Part shown: positions 1 to 12,690 of the stretch, piece after piece | Layout: the number at the start of each line of letters is the position of its first letter | Numbering within the stretch: position 1 is the stretch's first letter | Assembly (NCBI GenBank): GCA_951406725.2 | Contig: OX597822.1 | Coordinates: forward strand, 4,526,001 to 4,590,000 | DNA length: 64,000 nt | Source of the DNA: Octopus vulgaris | Taxonomy: Eukaryota | Direction of reading: 5' to 3' | Program-made: the position numbers and the translations under genes | Notes under the pieces: model-generated | Database searches by the model: none | What the model saw: only the letters and a program-made list of their open reading frames with translations | What the model was told of the DNA's origin: nothing

Positions 1-115
1 AGATGATAATGCTATTAGTTATTTAGTGAGTGAAAATTAGTGAAGTGTAATTGTTCAGTGTGTAAAGAAGAGGGAATAAGTGATCAGAAATGGTAGAGAT
101 AAGTGAAATGCTAGC

Positions 116-580
116 AGAGGTGCAGGTAAGGCGGTGGGGTAAGAGGGTTGCCTCCCAGCCACATAGCCCCACTGCATGGCACCTTGGGCAAGTGTCTTGT
201 ACTATAGCCTTAGGCTGACCAAAGCCTTGAGAGTGGATTTGGTAGACAGAATGCCTGAAAGAATCCTCTAGTATATATATATATATATATACATACACAC
301 ACACATATATATCTAATATGTATGTATATATTTATGTGTGTGTGTCTTTGTGTTTGGCATGGTTCCTACAACTGGATGCCCTAACTAACACCAATCACTT
401 GACAACCAATGCTGGTGTGTTTACATTCCTGTAACTTAGCAGTTCAGCAAAAAAGATCGATAGAATAAGCACTAGGCTTACAAAGAATAAGTCCTGGGGC
501 TGATTTGTTTGACTAAAACCCCCTTAAGGCAGTGCTTCAGCCTGGCCGCAGTCAAATGACCGGAACAGATAAAAGAATAT
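116..580 (+). mobile_element. tRNA-derived SINE, family A (CORE-like segment, internal TA/CA microsatellite)
   Basis: Same sequence as the reverse complement of 6210-6607 (ggcaccttgggcaagtgtct...gagtggatttggtagac...gcagtcaaatgac). Confidence 0.8.
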
Positions 581-1137
581 ACACAGCTACACCACTCTGC
601 TTTCCTTTCGGGATAAAACACTTGACTGGCCCAGGGTGGATAACAGTAAATGCCAAAAACAGTAACAGACATGGAAATTAGTTCAACTAGGTACCTTCCC
701 CAAGAAAATTCTGACTTTTGTCAGTCACGGGGTGAAGGTCAGGAGAAATTGACATTCAACATGTAAGACTATTGAGATAGTAATATAGGAAAATTTGCAG
801 AAGGGACGCCTTCTGCAAAAAGAACATATAGTTAAGTAAGTGCAGGATAACATTTAGTGGATATGTCGGTCTTTATAGTGGTGATGAGGATGACAGTGAG
901 GATGATATTACAACTTCCACAAACAAAATTCTTGGTGCTTCATCGAAAGAGGATCAACAGTGTATATGAGCTTATTTTATACTTGAATCCACCACAAAAT
1001 ATTGGCCCTCCCCAAAATTGACATGCGATTAAGGGAAATATAATTTGATTGTCTAGGGACAGCTGTGGACATGTCTCAATTTCTGCTTCAATAAGCACCA
1101 TCGTTATAGTTGTTGCCTTACCTACCTACTAAAGATA

Positions 1138-1189
<52 letters not shown>

Positions 1190-1275
1190 TTGACCCTTCT
1201 GTCCAGCACTAGTAGCCATGATAGCTCGTTAGCCACTACACACATTTTTTTCTCTCCTTGTTTCTTTCTGTGTCC

Positions 1276-1311
1276 CTTTCTGTAGAAAAGCGTAGGCTCG
1301 AAACGTAAAAG
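1276..1311 (+). ncRNA. Variant hammerhead-like motif (CUGUNGA core)
   Basis: CTTT-CTGTAGA-A-AAGC-GTAG-GCTC-GAAA-CG-TA-AAAG; independent copy on the minus strand at 2346-2381. Confidence 0.5.
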
Positions 1312-1368
1312 ACTTTTCTCTTCCTGAGCGTTATACTAATATATCTGTTTGTTTTTTTTGTAAACTCT

Positions 1369-1428
<60 letters not shown>

Positions 1429-1639
1429 TCATCATTTATGCATGTGCGTGTGTGTGTGTGTAAATGACCTTTAGGCTAGTTAATATATGTTTGTGACACA
1501 TTTTAGTTTCTAAAGGTAAATTCACAGCTGTTACCATTGAAAAGAAATTCTCTCTTATGGTAGAAAGTATAAAAACTCCATACTTGCTCGGTGCCTCTCC
1601 CACTGGATTCTCAGATGCTCATTTCTGACACTTCAATAT

Positions 1640-1684
1640 TTCCCATTGAGGAAGGCTAAAGAGCCAGAAATGCATGTCTCGGAA
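1640..1684 (+). ncRNA. Hammerhead-like motif at the centre of a fold-back element
   Basis: TTCCCA-TTGAGGA-A-GGCT-AAAG-AGCC-A-GAAA-TGCATG-TC-TCGGAA. Confidence 0.5.
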
Positions 1685-2084
1685 TCCAATGGGGAAAGCA
1701 CTGACCAGCTATGGTGTTCTTATACCTTTTAATATAGAAGAGAATTTACCTTTAGAAATTTTATATTTGTCACAAACATATTTTAACTAACCTAAAGTTT
1801 GCTTGTTCCTAATAACTGCTTGGAGCTAAGTTTTATCCTAACCAGGCAGTCCAATAGCAGAACTCAGTCACTAATGCTGACTGTAAACTGTTCATATATG
1901 TATGTGTGTGTATATATATATATATATATAGATAAGAAAGTTGGTTTGTGAAAGCACGTGGTTGAATATATAGAAAATAGTAAAAAGTGAAAAAACTACA
2001 GAAGGCTTGTTTTAAAAGGTTAAAAAATATATATTTGAGTCATAAACATAACGATAACTCTTCTCAACGTAAACATAACGATGT

Positions 2085-2123
2085 AAGAAATTTGAAAAGC
2101 TAAACGCGAAACCGGTCTTTCTT
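2085..2123 (+). ncRNA. Decayed hammerhead-like motif in a fold-back spacer
   Basis: AAGAAA-T-TTGAAAA-GC-TAAAC-GC-GAAA-CCGG-TC-TTTCTT: perfect stem I and palindromic CCGG stem III; core mutated. Confidence 0.45.
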
Positions 2124-2243
2124 CTAAACTATGTCATTGTAAGAAAAATATTTATAATATTCTTCAGACATATTGACTTAAATATATAATTTTTAACCTT
2201 TTAAAACAAGCCTTCTGTAATTTTTTCACTTTTTACTATTTTC

Positions 2244-2275
<32 letters not shown>

Positions 2276-5200
2276 CATGTACAAAGACAGGTGTAGGAAC
2301 AACAAGCAAGTGTACAAGTTTGATGGTTGGGAAAATTGGAAAAATCTTTTACATTTTGAGCCTATGCTCTTCGACAGAAAGGAATAAGAGGAAATAAATA
2401 GAGAGGGAATGAAAATAAAGCATGTAGAGTTCAGCAATGATGGGCTTCTTTCAGTTTCCACCTAACAAATCCATTCACAAGAGGCTTTCATTAGCTTGAG
2501 GCTATAGTAGAAGACACTCATTCAAAGTGTTCTACACACTGGGATTGAACCTGGGACCACATGGTTCACAGCCACTCTTGCACCCATAATGAAAATGTTA
2601 TTGTCATCGTCAGCATCATTGTCATTACTTTATGTTCACCTTCCATGCAGACATGAGTTGGAAGGTCATCACCATCTGGATTATTTCATATAAGGAAACA
2701 CTGCCCCCAAATACTGGTGTTCATCCACATCATCTGATAAGGTTTCTTTGGTTTGACACCAAGGGTATATATTCCAGGTGTGCTAGGTGTGTGCTGCACA
2801 CTCATCGAAAATGGCAAATTCATTATAAATATCAACTTTACTCATTAATTTAATCACAAATCTTAATGGAAAACTTTTGTTATACTGCTGTTTGGTTCGC
2901 ATTGGATGTGGCAACACACCCCACACAACAACCACCATTTGCCACTGCTTGAAACCCTTTCTATATCGCCAACTATTTTACAGAGTGTATTTGCATGCAT
3001 TTTCTCATGTTACTAACACTGAAGAGATTTGAATAATCCTTGATAAAACAGCACTATATGTACCTTACAATTGTTTGCTTTCTCCACATTTACCATGTGT
3101 ACCACATGTTTTTGTGGCACCAACCTAGGAATGGGAGTGCTTTGTACTCAGTAACTGTAGAGAGTAGAAAGTAACCAAAGAGTGAGGAGAGGAATATCTG
3201 GCACTCTGTCAGTTTTGATGACAAGAGTTTCAGTTGATCTCATCTACAGAACAGCTTGCTTGTGAAATTAATGCGCACTCCACAACCATGCGTACAACTT
3301 TATGTAGTTCTGATGTAGATTCAGCATGACACAGAATGCAACAAGGCTGGCCCTTTGAAATACAGGTACAACTCATTTTTGCCAGCTGAGTGGACTGGAG
3401 CAACATGAAATGAAGTGTTTTGCTCAACAACGCACTGCTGGGAATTGAATGCATGCCCTTATGATCATGAGTTGAGTACCCTAACCACTAAGCCATGCAC
3501 CTTCACTGAGGAGAGGGATAAGACAGAGAAACATCAGAAAGGGTCAGAAAAGGGTAGACAAGAAGCGATGGGAGCAAGAGCATTAATGATAATTCTTGTC
3601 AAATAGAGCAAGGAGTAAAAAAAAAAATCTATAGTAGGCAGCACACACACTCTACCAAAACTCTTTTCTAGTCATTGATTTCAGTTTAAATCCCGTGGGT
3701 TATCAACTCAGCTTTTTATTCTTTCCAGTGATCAACGAATTAAACTTGGTTAACATAAAATAAAATAAATGTGCCCTTTTAAAGCCTAGCCAGGCTCATG
3801 GGCCCGGTTTCCCAGTTTCAATGGCGTATGTGTGTGTTCCCCAGCTGGACAGGATGCCAGTCCATCACAGCGTTACTCATTTTTGCCAGCTGAGTAGACT
3901 TGAGCAACGTGAAATGAAGTGTTTTGCTCAAGAACACAACGCGTTGCCCAGTCCAGCAATCGAAACCACAATCTTACGATCATGGTGCTGACAACCTAAC
4001 CACTAAGCCACGTGCCTCCACCTTGGTTAACATACTGAGAGTTAATATTTATCCCCTTTTAGACATAGGTGTTCTGTTAGAACAAGCTAGACTATGGTAG
4101 ATACCAGGAGAGAAACTTTGGCTTTTGGTGCAAAATACACTCTTGTATATATCACTAGAAGGGAGATAAATCCCCATCATTTCGCATGCCGAGGCCACCA
4201 AATCACGGGATTTCAACCTTCCTTAGTCTCATCAATGATGGTTGCATGACTACTGGAGATAGCAGCTGTTTATATAGAAAACCAGTGCCAGAACAGGCAC
4301 TGATGTTGTGATTTGCCAATAAGCTTATTAAAAAATATATATTAGTGATTGAGGTAGAATTAATACTGGCATGGAGTGTGAGCAGTGTGAGGAGAAGCCA
4401 ATATAAGTAAGGGAGATAACTGCACTGGTGTTGCATTGGCATTTGAAGAAGGTTAATGAATATTTTGGGAGTGTGAGAGAGAATAAGTTGAGAAGAGATG
4501 GAAGGGAGTTATGAGGTTAGATTTCAAGATATTGAATTTTATGGACAGCTTGACATAAAAATTGAGTCATGAGTCAATTACTATATTACAAACTAACCTG
4601 ACATAGTATGACTGAAAGGGAGTTGAAGATAACAATATTGCTGCTGATGGTGATGAAGATGACAATAGTTGTAGTGAGGATGGTGGTGGAGGCGTGGAGG
4701 TGTTGTTGTTGCTGGTGGTGGTGGTGGTGGCACTGAGCATGATGATGATGATGAGGAGCAGGAGGAGGATTAAGAAAATAACGAAGATGAGCTGGAGGAG
4801 AAGGCTGAAGATGATGATGGTGATAGTGATGATGACGTACAGCCGCCTCTTTCCAAAATCTTTGAGCACTTCATCAAAAGAGAATCAACATTGAATGTTT
4901 GAATATTTTATCTTCAAATAAATGTGTTGCAATGAATCGCCATTCCAAGAATCACCAATTCATAAGAAACTTTCAAAGTAATTTTCAAATTCTATTCTTT
5001 TGTTTGTCTTTTTTTTTTTTTTTTTTTTAAAGTTTGAAAAGTTTGGGTAAAAATATTCAGAATGTTATATTTTTTCTGTTTTCATCTTCTTTAACTCTTC
5101 TCTCTCCTTAATTAAAATGGTTTAGAATTGTTGTTATTCATGATTTTTGTTGCAGACACTATCGTGTAGTTATTGCTAGTTTCTGAATTATTCTTAGATC

Positions 5201-6209
5201 TCAAGTGAACAGGAATTAATCCCATGACCCATTTCTCAGCAATTTTTTTTTTTTGTTTTTCGGTGAAGCGCCACAGAGTCTTTTACATTTCTTCGAAGGA
5301 ATTAATGTATGTGATTTTTTGTTTATAATTTTCTTTTAAACTCTGTGTGTGCCCATGTGTATGTGTGTGTGTGTGTGTGCGTGTGTGTGTGAACGCGTAG
5401 GTATATGTGTATGGATGAGTAATTATTGTCTTTTTTTTCTGTGTTCTTGTTCTTGTTATTGTTCTTACTTTGATTATTAATAATATGGTGCATCATTTGG
5501 TAAAAATTTCCAAGTAAATGGAATTTAATTATTAGCTTAATTAGCCAAAATATTCTTCTTGTAAAACATTTGAAATGCAATAAAGATAGCCATAACTAAA
5601 AACATCACAGAAATTCACTGTTTTATTCAGCAATCAGATTAAAAAGGAAGAATTTAAACAAAAAAGAAAAAAATCAGCGTACAGCAACAACAACAAAAAA
5701 AACCTTCAAAAAATGAAAACATTCGAGATTAAAAGAAAAATAATTGCCAGAAAAAATCAACAACAACTACAACAAAAATATGTTAATTTTGAAATGGTTT
5801 TCTGTGACAGACGAAATTTCATTGCAATCTTTTGTATTCACATGGTATGGGTAGAAAGTAGCGTTGTGGTTATGAAGCATTGCAATAATTCGATCATTGA
5901 AACCTTACATTCATTAGACAAATAAAAGGGGCAGGAAAAAGAAGGAAAAAAAATAAATACAATTATTTAAAAACAGACAACAATAACTAAAACAAAGCTT
6001 CGGAATAGAAAACTTTTTTTAAAGCATCAGAGTTTGTCATAGATTTTATTCTGTATAAACACACACACACACACGATAAAAAGAAAATATCACATCACGC
6101 ACACATGTACACATAGATATTACACCACACACACACACACAAAAAAAACTCTATCTAGCTGAATGTTGATGGTAAGGATATATATATATATATATATTTT
6201 TTTAAATTT

Positions 6210-6410
6210 TTTTTTTACTTGTTTCAGTCATTTGACTGCAGCCATGCTGGAGCACCACCTTTAGTCGAGCAAATCGACCCCAGGACTTATTCTTTGTAAG
6301 CCCAGTACTTATTCCATCGGTCTCTTTTGCTGAACCGCTAAGTGACGGGGACGTAAACACACCAGCATTGGTTGTCAAGCAATGCTAGGGGGACAAACAC
6401 AGACACACAA

Positions 6411-6443
<33 letters not shown>

Positions 6444-6607
6444 CGACAGGCTTCTTTCAGTTTCCGTCTACAAAATCCACTCACAAGGCATTGGTCGGCC
6501 CGGGGCTATAGCAGAAGACACTTGCCCAAGATGCCACGCAGTGGGACTGAACCCGGAACCATGTGGTTGGTTAGCAAGCTACTTACCACACAGCCACTCC
6601 TGCGCCT
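6210..6607 (-). mobile_element. Full-length SINE family A
   Basis: Minus-strand head AGGCGCAGGAGTGGCTGTGTGGTAAG...GGTTCCGGGTTCAGTCCC (pol III A/B-box-like). Near-identical to 17745-18158. Partial copies at about 2440-2585, 7498-7655, 11660-11830, 12720-12930, 27596-27760, 30200-30420, 30935-31120 and 58493-58830. Confidence 0.85.
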
Positions 6608-7030
6608 ATTGATATATATTTCACCATTTTTTTAAAATAAGTTTGTCACACTGTAAGAACATGGGAGTGAATCAGCAGAAAAGTTAGAGTCAGAAAGGTT
6701 GCCCTGTGGTATGTGTTACAACCCTCTGAGCTCCAAGTTCAAAATCCCTTTGATGTCACCTTTGCCTTGTCAACATCATTATCATCATCCTCACCATCAT
6801 CATTTGAAGTCCACTTTGCCACATGGGTCAAGCAGAGTTTATTTGAGTCAGATTTTCTCTTTCTGCCGCCAACCCTTTTTGTCGCTATCCCTATGGATAG
6901 ACATATTTTTACAGAATATTGGAAAGGAATGACACTGCTTGTATAACAGTGACACTCGTTTACAATTATCATAGAATGCCAAGACATGAAAACACAAACA
7001 CACATACACCCATACACAAACATATACATA

Positions 7031-7061
<31 letters not shown>

Positions 7062-7125
7062 ACGCACACATGTAAGTGTATATACATTTATATATACATA
7101 CATGTTTGTATGTGTGTGTGTGTGT

Positions 7126-7162
<37 letters not shown>

Positions 7163-7308
7163 CATATATGAGTGTGTATGTGTGTGTGTATATATATATA
7201 TATACTGGAGTAAACACATAAATGTGAAACAAGGTGGAAAAAAGAGTACTCAAATACCAGGGGTAGAGTAATATGCTTTATTTAAAAGCAGCAGAAATTC
7301 AACAAAAC

Positions 7309-7401
7309 CTGTTACTCGGAGTTTCACGCTCCTGTTCGTTGGACAGATTTTGTTAAAATTTTAACAAAAACTGTCCGACGAACGGGAACGTGAAACTCCG
7401 A
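7309..7401. ncRNA. Back-to-back pair of hammerhead-like motifs forming a palindrome
   Basis: Minus 7346-7309: CTGT-CCAACGA-ACAGGAGCGT-GAAA-CTCCGAG-TA-ACAG. Plus 7371-7401: CTGT-CCGACGA-ACG-GGAA-CGT-GAAA-CTCCGA. Confidence 0.6.
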
Positions 7402-7430
7402 TTCACTCCCATGTTCTTACTTTAAATAAA

Positions 7431-7501
<71 letters not shown>

Positions 7502-7699
7502 AGCTTCTTTCAGTTTCCACCTGCAAAATCCACTTACAAAGCTTTGGTCAGCCTGGAGCTATAGTTGAGGACACTTACCCAAGGTGTCACACTGTGGGAT
7601 TGAACCCAGAACCATGTGGTTGAGAAGCCAAGTATTTACCATACTGCCACACCCGTTACTTAATTTATCAAGCTTTGGGTGGGGGGTGGGGGGGGGGTT

Positions 7700-7996
7700 A
7701 ATAAATAAAGTATCAGACGAGTTTTGTGGATCAATGGGATTGTTGGGGCATCAGACGAGATATCTCGTAGTATATGTCAACATATTTACCTGAGTGCAAA
7801 TTCTACCCAGGTACTCAAATGTCAGAGACAGTATGAGTTAACCACCCGACCCTGGGGTCACAATGGATTCTATAAACACGGAGCAGCACGAAGCAGTTTC
7901 TGATAAAGCATATGCCAAGGGAGATAACTCTTAGTCACTCCACAGGCTTCCTCTCCCTCAGTACTTGAACTACTGCATGTGCAAATGTGTGTGTGC

Positions 7997-8036
<40 letters not shown>

Positions 8037-9050
8037 TGTTCAAAAATATTGATGAACACAAAATTTGAAGTGGAGCACTCAATAACACCCACCAACTCCT
8101 TATCTCTGCTTCATTTTGAACTCAAAATCACTGAGAATGGATCCATCTCTATTAAGTTTTACAGAAAATTAGCATGCAGGTGCCTATGTATAATTCATCC
8201 CTGCCCATCAGACCTAGAATGGCTAGTATTAGAAATGAGATTCACAGGGTACTCAGTAAATGCAGCAAAGCAAGAAGCAATTATACCAGCATCGTACAAT
8301 CCTGAAAATTCCTGATGGAGAATGATTATCCATATTCTTTCACTAAACACGAAGACGTCACAGGACCACCCAAATGAATCCACACATCCAAGGATAATGG
8401 TGCTTTTTTTGAAACTGGCGCATTTTCATGAAAAAAACTACCACTGCAATCTGCCATGTGATCCATAGTAAGGGCCCACTCCAGCCCTTCGCTGAGGAGG
8501 GTCTTAATTAAAATCAAACCAAGATAAAACATAACTTTATGTACATTGTCCAACTGGCTGAACAAAAATGAACATTTTTTTGTCTGTGGTCCTATGTGGT
8601 TTATAAAACCACATGGAGCAAATGCAATGAATTCTACATCAGAAGTACCATCAAACAATTATACATATAGATTAAAGAACACCTCTATGCTAATGCTTCT
8701 TCCATCAAAAACAAAAAAATGGAAGAAAAAATATACACAAATGCCACACCCAAGACATTCAGGTTTCCATTGAAACTTTAAGAACCTGAGGATAAAGAAG
8801 CTCTTTTAATTAAGAATTGCACATTATGTATTAATAACAGATCAAAGTTGCATGTGACTGATTAGTTACCATAGCAACACATCAAACACTTGCATATTAC
8901 TGGACAGAGAAGTTAGCAAATAACAACTTTTCTCCAAAGATTTCCCGAGGAATGGGTCCTAACCCAGAAATATTGAAATACTAGGTGAAAATTATCAATC
9001 TGTTTTATTTTTATAAATTGCTTTATTCTGATTTCAAAACAAATTAAAAA
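7700..9050 (+). mobile_element. Degenerate Penelope-like element (RT C-terminus, GIY-YIG endonuclease and 3' pLTR with hammerhead)
   Basis: Frameshifted remnants: LSLLHFELKITENGSISIKFYRK (RT end/thumb), YVVYKTTWSKCNEFYIRSTIKQLYI*IKEHL at about 8592-8685 (GIY-YIG), NLRIKEALLIK...INNR at about 8782-8840, then a hammerhead-like motif at 8941. Confidence 0.8.
8941..8978 (+). ncRNA. Minimal hammerhead-like motif in the PLE 3' pLTR
   Basis: TTTC-CCGAGGA-A-TGGG-TCCTAA-CCCA-GAAA-TA-TT-GAAA: stems I and II intact, U4C core variant. Confidence 0.6.
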
Positions 9051-9076
9051 CATTTATATATATATATATATATATA

Positions 9077-9720
9077 TCATCATCATCATCATCATCGTTT
9101 AATGTCCACTTTCCATGCTAGCATGGGTTGGACGATTTTGACTGAGGGCTGGCGAACCAGATGGCTGCACCAGGCTCCAATCTTGATCTGGCAGAGTTTC
9201 TACAGCTGGATGCCCTTCCTAATGCCAACCACTCCAAGAGTGTAGTGGGTGCTTTTTATATACCACCGGCATGGGGGGCCAGTCAGGCGGTACTGGCAGT
9301 GACCTCGCTCGAATCTTATTACACATGCCACCGGCACAGGTGCCAGTAAGGCGACACTAGTAACGATCACGCTCAAATGGTGCCCTTTTATGTGCCACCA
9401 GCATGGAAGCCAGATAGCCGCTCTGGCAACGATCATGCTCAAATGGTGCTCTTGGCACCCTACTAGCATGGACACAAGTGCCAGTAAGGCGACACTGGTA
9501 ACAAACACACTCGAATGGTGCCTTTTATGTGCCACTGGCATGGAAGCTGGTTAGCCGCTTTGTCAACAATCACACTCGAATGGTGCTCTTTGTACCCCAC
9601 TAGCACGGATGCCAGTCATCGAATTTGATTTTGATTGCACTTCTCTCAACAGGTCTTCGCAAGCAGAGGTTAGTATCCAAAGAAGGAAGAGGTACGCATA
9701 AGTGGGCTGGTTACGCACCT
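9077..9720 (-). mobile_element. RTE-LINE 3' tail-derived element with (CAT)n end and internal tandem subrepeats
   Basis: (CAT)n-cgtttaatgtcc...ttccatgctagcatgggttggacg...cagctggatgcccttcctaatgccaaccactcc; internal units gtgcca...ggtaacgatcacgctc.aatggtgc repeated about 4-5 times. Shorter copies at 11315-11535, 28565-28760, 36731-36945, 54115-54325 and 60445-60627. Confidence 0.75.
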
Positions 9721-11827
9721 ATATATATATATATATACACGTATGTATGTATGTATAATTACATATGTATTTTTGTACACACATACACATATAGGTGAGT
9801 AAGCACACAGGTGCAAAACAAGGTGGAAAAAAAGTTCTTGAATATTGAAGGTAAAATAATAAGCTTTTTTATTGAAGCTGCAAAAACATCACAAAAAATC
9901 TGTTACTCAGTGTTTTACATTTCCGTTCATTGGACAAATGGGAATGTGAAACTCTGAGTAACAGTTTTTTTGTGATGTTTTTGCAGTTTTAATAAAGATA
10001 CATACATATATATATGTATGTGATTGTGTGTGTGTGTGTGTGCATGTATACAAATATGAATGAGAGGGTGTATAGCAATATGATGTTCACAAATTGACCA
10101 GAGTAACAAACTTCCTATGGGCTCAGAACACTACTGAGAAGCTATGAATTATTTTGATTGCTTCCACAAAAGACAGACCATGTGATCTGACCATAGTTCA
10201 AGTCTTTTCACTGGGATCCTAAACTAACTGTATTCACTCTCCTGCTCTGAACAGTAGCATGTGATATATCAGGTTGGCCAAAAAGTCCATTCAGTTTTTA
10301 GCCATATCAAACTTGAAGCATTCTACTAAGTGGCTAACTTTACTCTGTCACTTGTGCACTTGCACTTGTTAGACACTTGACACTTCAACATAATTTGACA
10401 CGAACTTGCAATGAGAAAGGTTGTATTTTGTGTGCTTGGCATCGCTCATGTTGGTACCATGATAAAATGCAGTCGGTTCATTCTGTGAAGTGGCTGGTGT
10501 CAGAAAAAGCACCCAGTCCTAGAATCAGACCGAAATTGGAATATATGAATGTGATGTGCTTCTCTGACCTATCTAGAAGGGCTACAATTCTGAATAAAAA
10601 CTGACTTGGATCATAATAATCTGTCTGACCCATGTGAACAAGAAAAGTAGAAGCAAAATGATGAGGATGATGATGATGATGACTATCCATCTGTCTGTCT
10701 GTCTCTCTATCTATCTGTGTCAGAAAAGTAGATTTTCTCCTGCTACAGACCCTTCCTGTTACTGGCCCTCACTTGTTTCCAGTGACCAGACATGTTTCCA
10801 TGGAAGACTGGAAATGAGCCACACAACTTGTAGGAGGGTGACTCTTATTCACCACCGTCACACGTCACAAAGACACACACACATGCATCATCTAATAGAT
10901 GGCTATTTTACTCTAATACTGCTTCTATCACATATAACAGATTTTTATTCAGCCAGGCAGCTCTTCACAATATCAGTGATTGTTTATTCTTTGTTTTCCT
11001 ACATATCAGTAACAACAGATTTTGTTTTAGCATGCAGCTGACTGTAAATACATGCTATTGACAGCATTCAATGAAGCAGAAATGCATCTACTGCTTTCAC
11101 TGGCCACAGGTGGGATGATTTTCGCCACCCTCCAATAAATATTGTATTTTTAAACACAACCCATCCAAAACGAGATATTATCTCCGAATGAATATGGCAG
11201 TAAACTTGCTTTTTGAATTGTATTTACATTAAGTGTGATACATAGATGGACATGTATACATACATACACATATACATACATACTGACATGTATATATATA
11301 TATATATATATATATCATCATCATCATCATCATCATTTAACGTCCGCTTTCCATGCTAGCATGGGTTGGACGGTTCAACTGGGGTCTGGGGAGCCCGAAG
11401 GCTGCACCAGGCCAGTCAGATCTGGCAGTGTTTCTACAGCTGGATGCCCTTCCTAACGCCAACCACTCCGAGAGTGTAGTGGGTGATTTTATGTGCCACC
11501 GACACAGGTGCCAGACGAGGCTGGCGAACAGCCACGCATATATATATATATATATACATAGAGGGTGCTTGGGCTAAATTTAATGATAGTTTTGTCTGCT
11601 TTTTCAGGAACAGCTTCATGTATTGGTGAACAATCAACAGCATTGGAGAGCATAAGGATTCAAGGAGTGGCTGTGTGGTAAGAAGCTTGCTTCCCAACCA
11701 CATGCTTCTGGGTTCAGTCCCACTGCATGGCACCTTGGACAAGTGTCTTCTACTACAGCCTTGGGCCAGTCAAAGCCTTGTGAGTGGATTTGGTAGATGG
11801 AAAATAATGAAAAGAATCTATTGTATG

Positions 11828-11874
<47 letters not shown>

Positions 11875-12479
11875 GAGCAAAACGTGGACGGTGCTGAGTT
11901 GTCAAACATTTAAACCAAATTTTCTCAAAACAATTTGTCCGACCTTCCCATAGGCCTCCCCTTTGAGAAACACTGATTTAACCTAAATTTGAGACACCAA
12001 CAAAAGAAGAAATAAAGATAGACTTTTTTTCTATTCCAAAGAAAAACGATTTCATTCACACATATATGCAACTGAAGAGTTTAAAAGTACCAGTTATGAT
12101 AAAGCTGTTGACTGGGAGAACACAAACATGGTTGAAACAGTAAGCTTGGCAGGAAAGAAACGTGCCTTTAAACAGTACAAAAACAACAAAAAATGGAAGT
12201 GCAGTTATGTACAGGTTGACGGAAGAAAAGCAGGACAAAAACGATGCAAGCAAATGGGTTAGCTGGAGGTAAATCTAGATGGAAAAGCATGATGAATTTA
12301 TGAGAACGTACCTGGGACAATAATAAGTTTATCCGATAAAACATGTAAGAAATCAACTTGGGGCGATTTTTCCATTTATATATATATATATATGTATATA
12401 TATATAGGGAACTAAGTAACTAATTTTAAGCTAACTTACTTTACGGGATGTTCAAGGGCATGGAAAAGCTAGTGGCAAC

Positions 12480-12690
12480 AGCTGATGTACTTGCATGTAC
12501 AAATGCACGTTCCCACGGCTTTATCGATCGCATTCTCACCTGGAATCGATTTTTGTAATTTTTTTAAGACTTATACATGCCCTGATACCATTGGTATCTA
12601 CATATCAAATTTGAGCGCAATCAGATGGAGGATGCCCAAGGTCCTAGAAGACACACACAGACAGACAGAATGGATTTTATATAATATATA
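12480..12690 (-). mobile_element. Helitron-like 5' end fragment
   Basis: caaatttgagcgcaatcagatg...acacagacagacagaatggattttatata resembles the end of the 33067-33300 element and of short non-autonomous Helitrons. No 3' hairpin found. Confidence 0.4.

Noticed and set aside
4567-4894. Hydrophobic, low-complexity ORFs on both strands
   Set aside because: They derive from GAT/GGT/GAG trinucleotide runs and show no recognisable domain.
6372-6635. Recurring ORFs such as ...RHLPKMPRSGTEPGTMWLVSKLLTTQP and EDTCPRCHAVGLNP
   Set aside because: They are chance translations of SINE family A, repeated wherever the SINE occurs.
9280-9620. Regularly spaced repeats resembling a CRISPR array
   Set aside because: The context is eukaryotic, the intervening sequences are themselves related, the array lies inside an RTE-tail element, and there are no cas genes.
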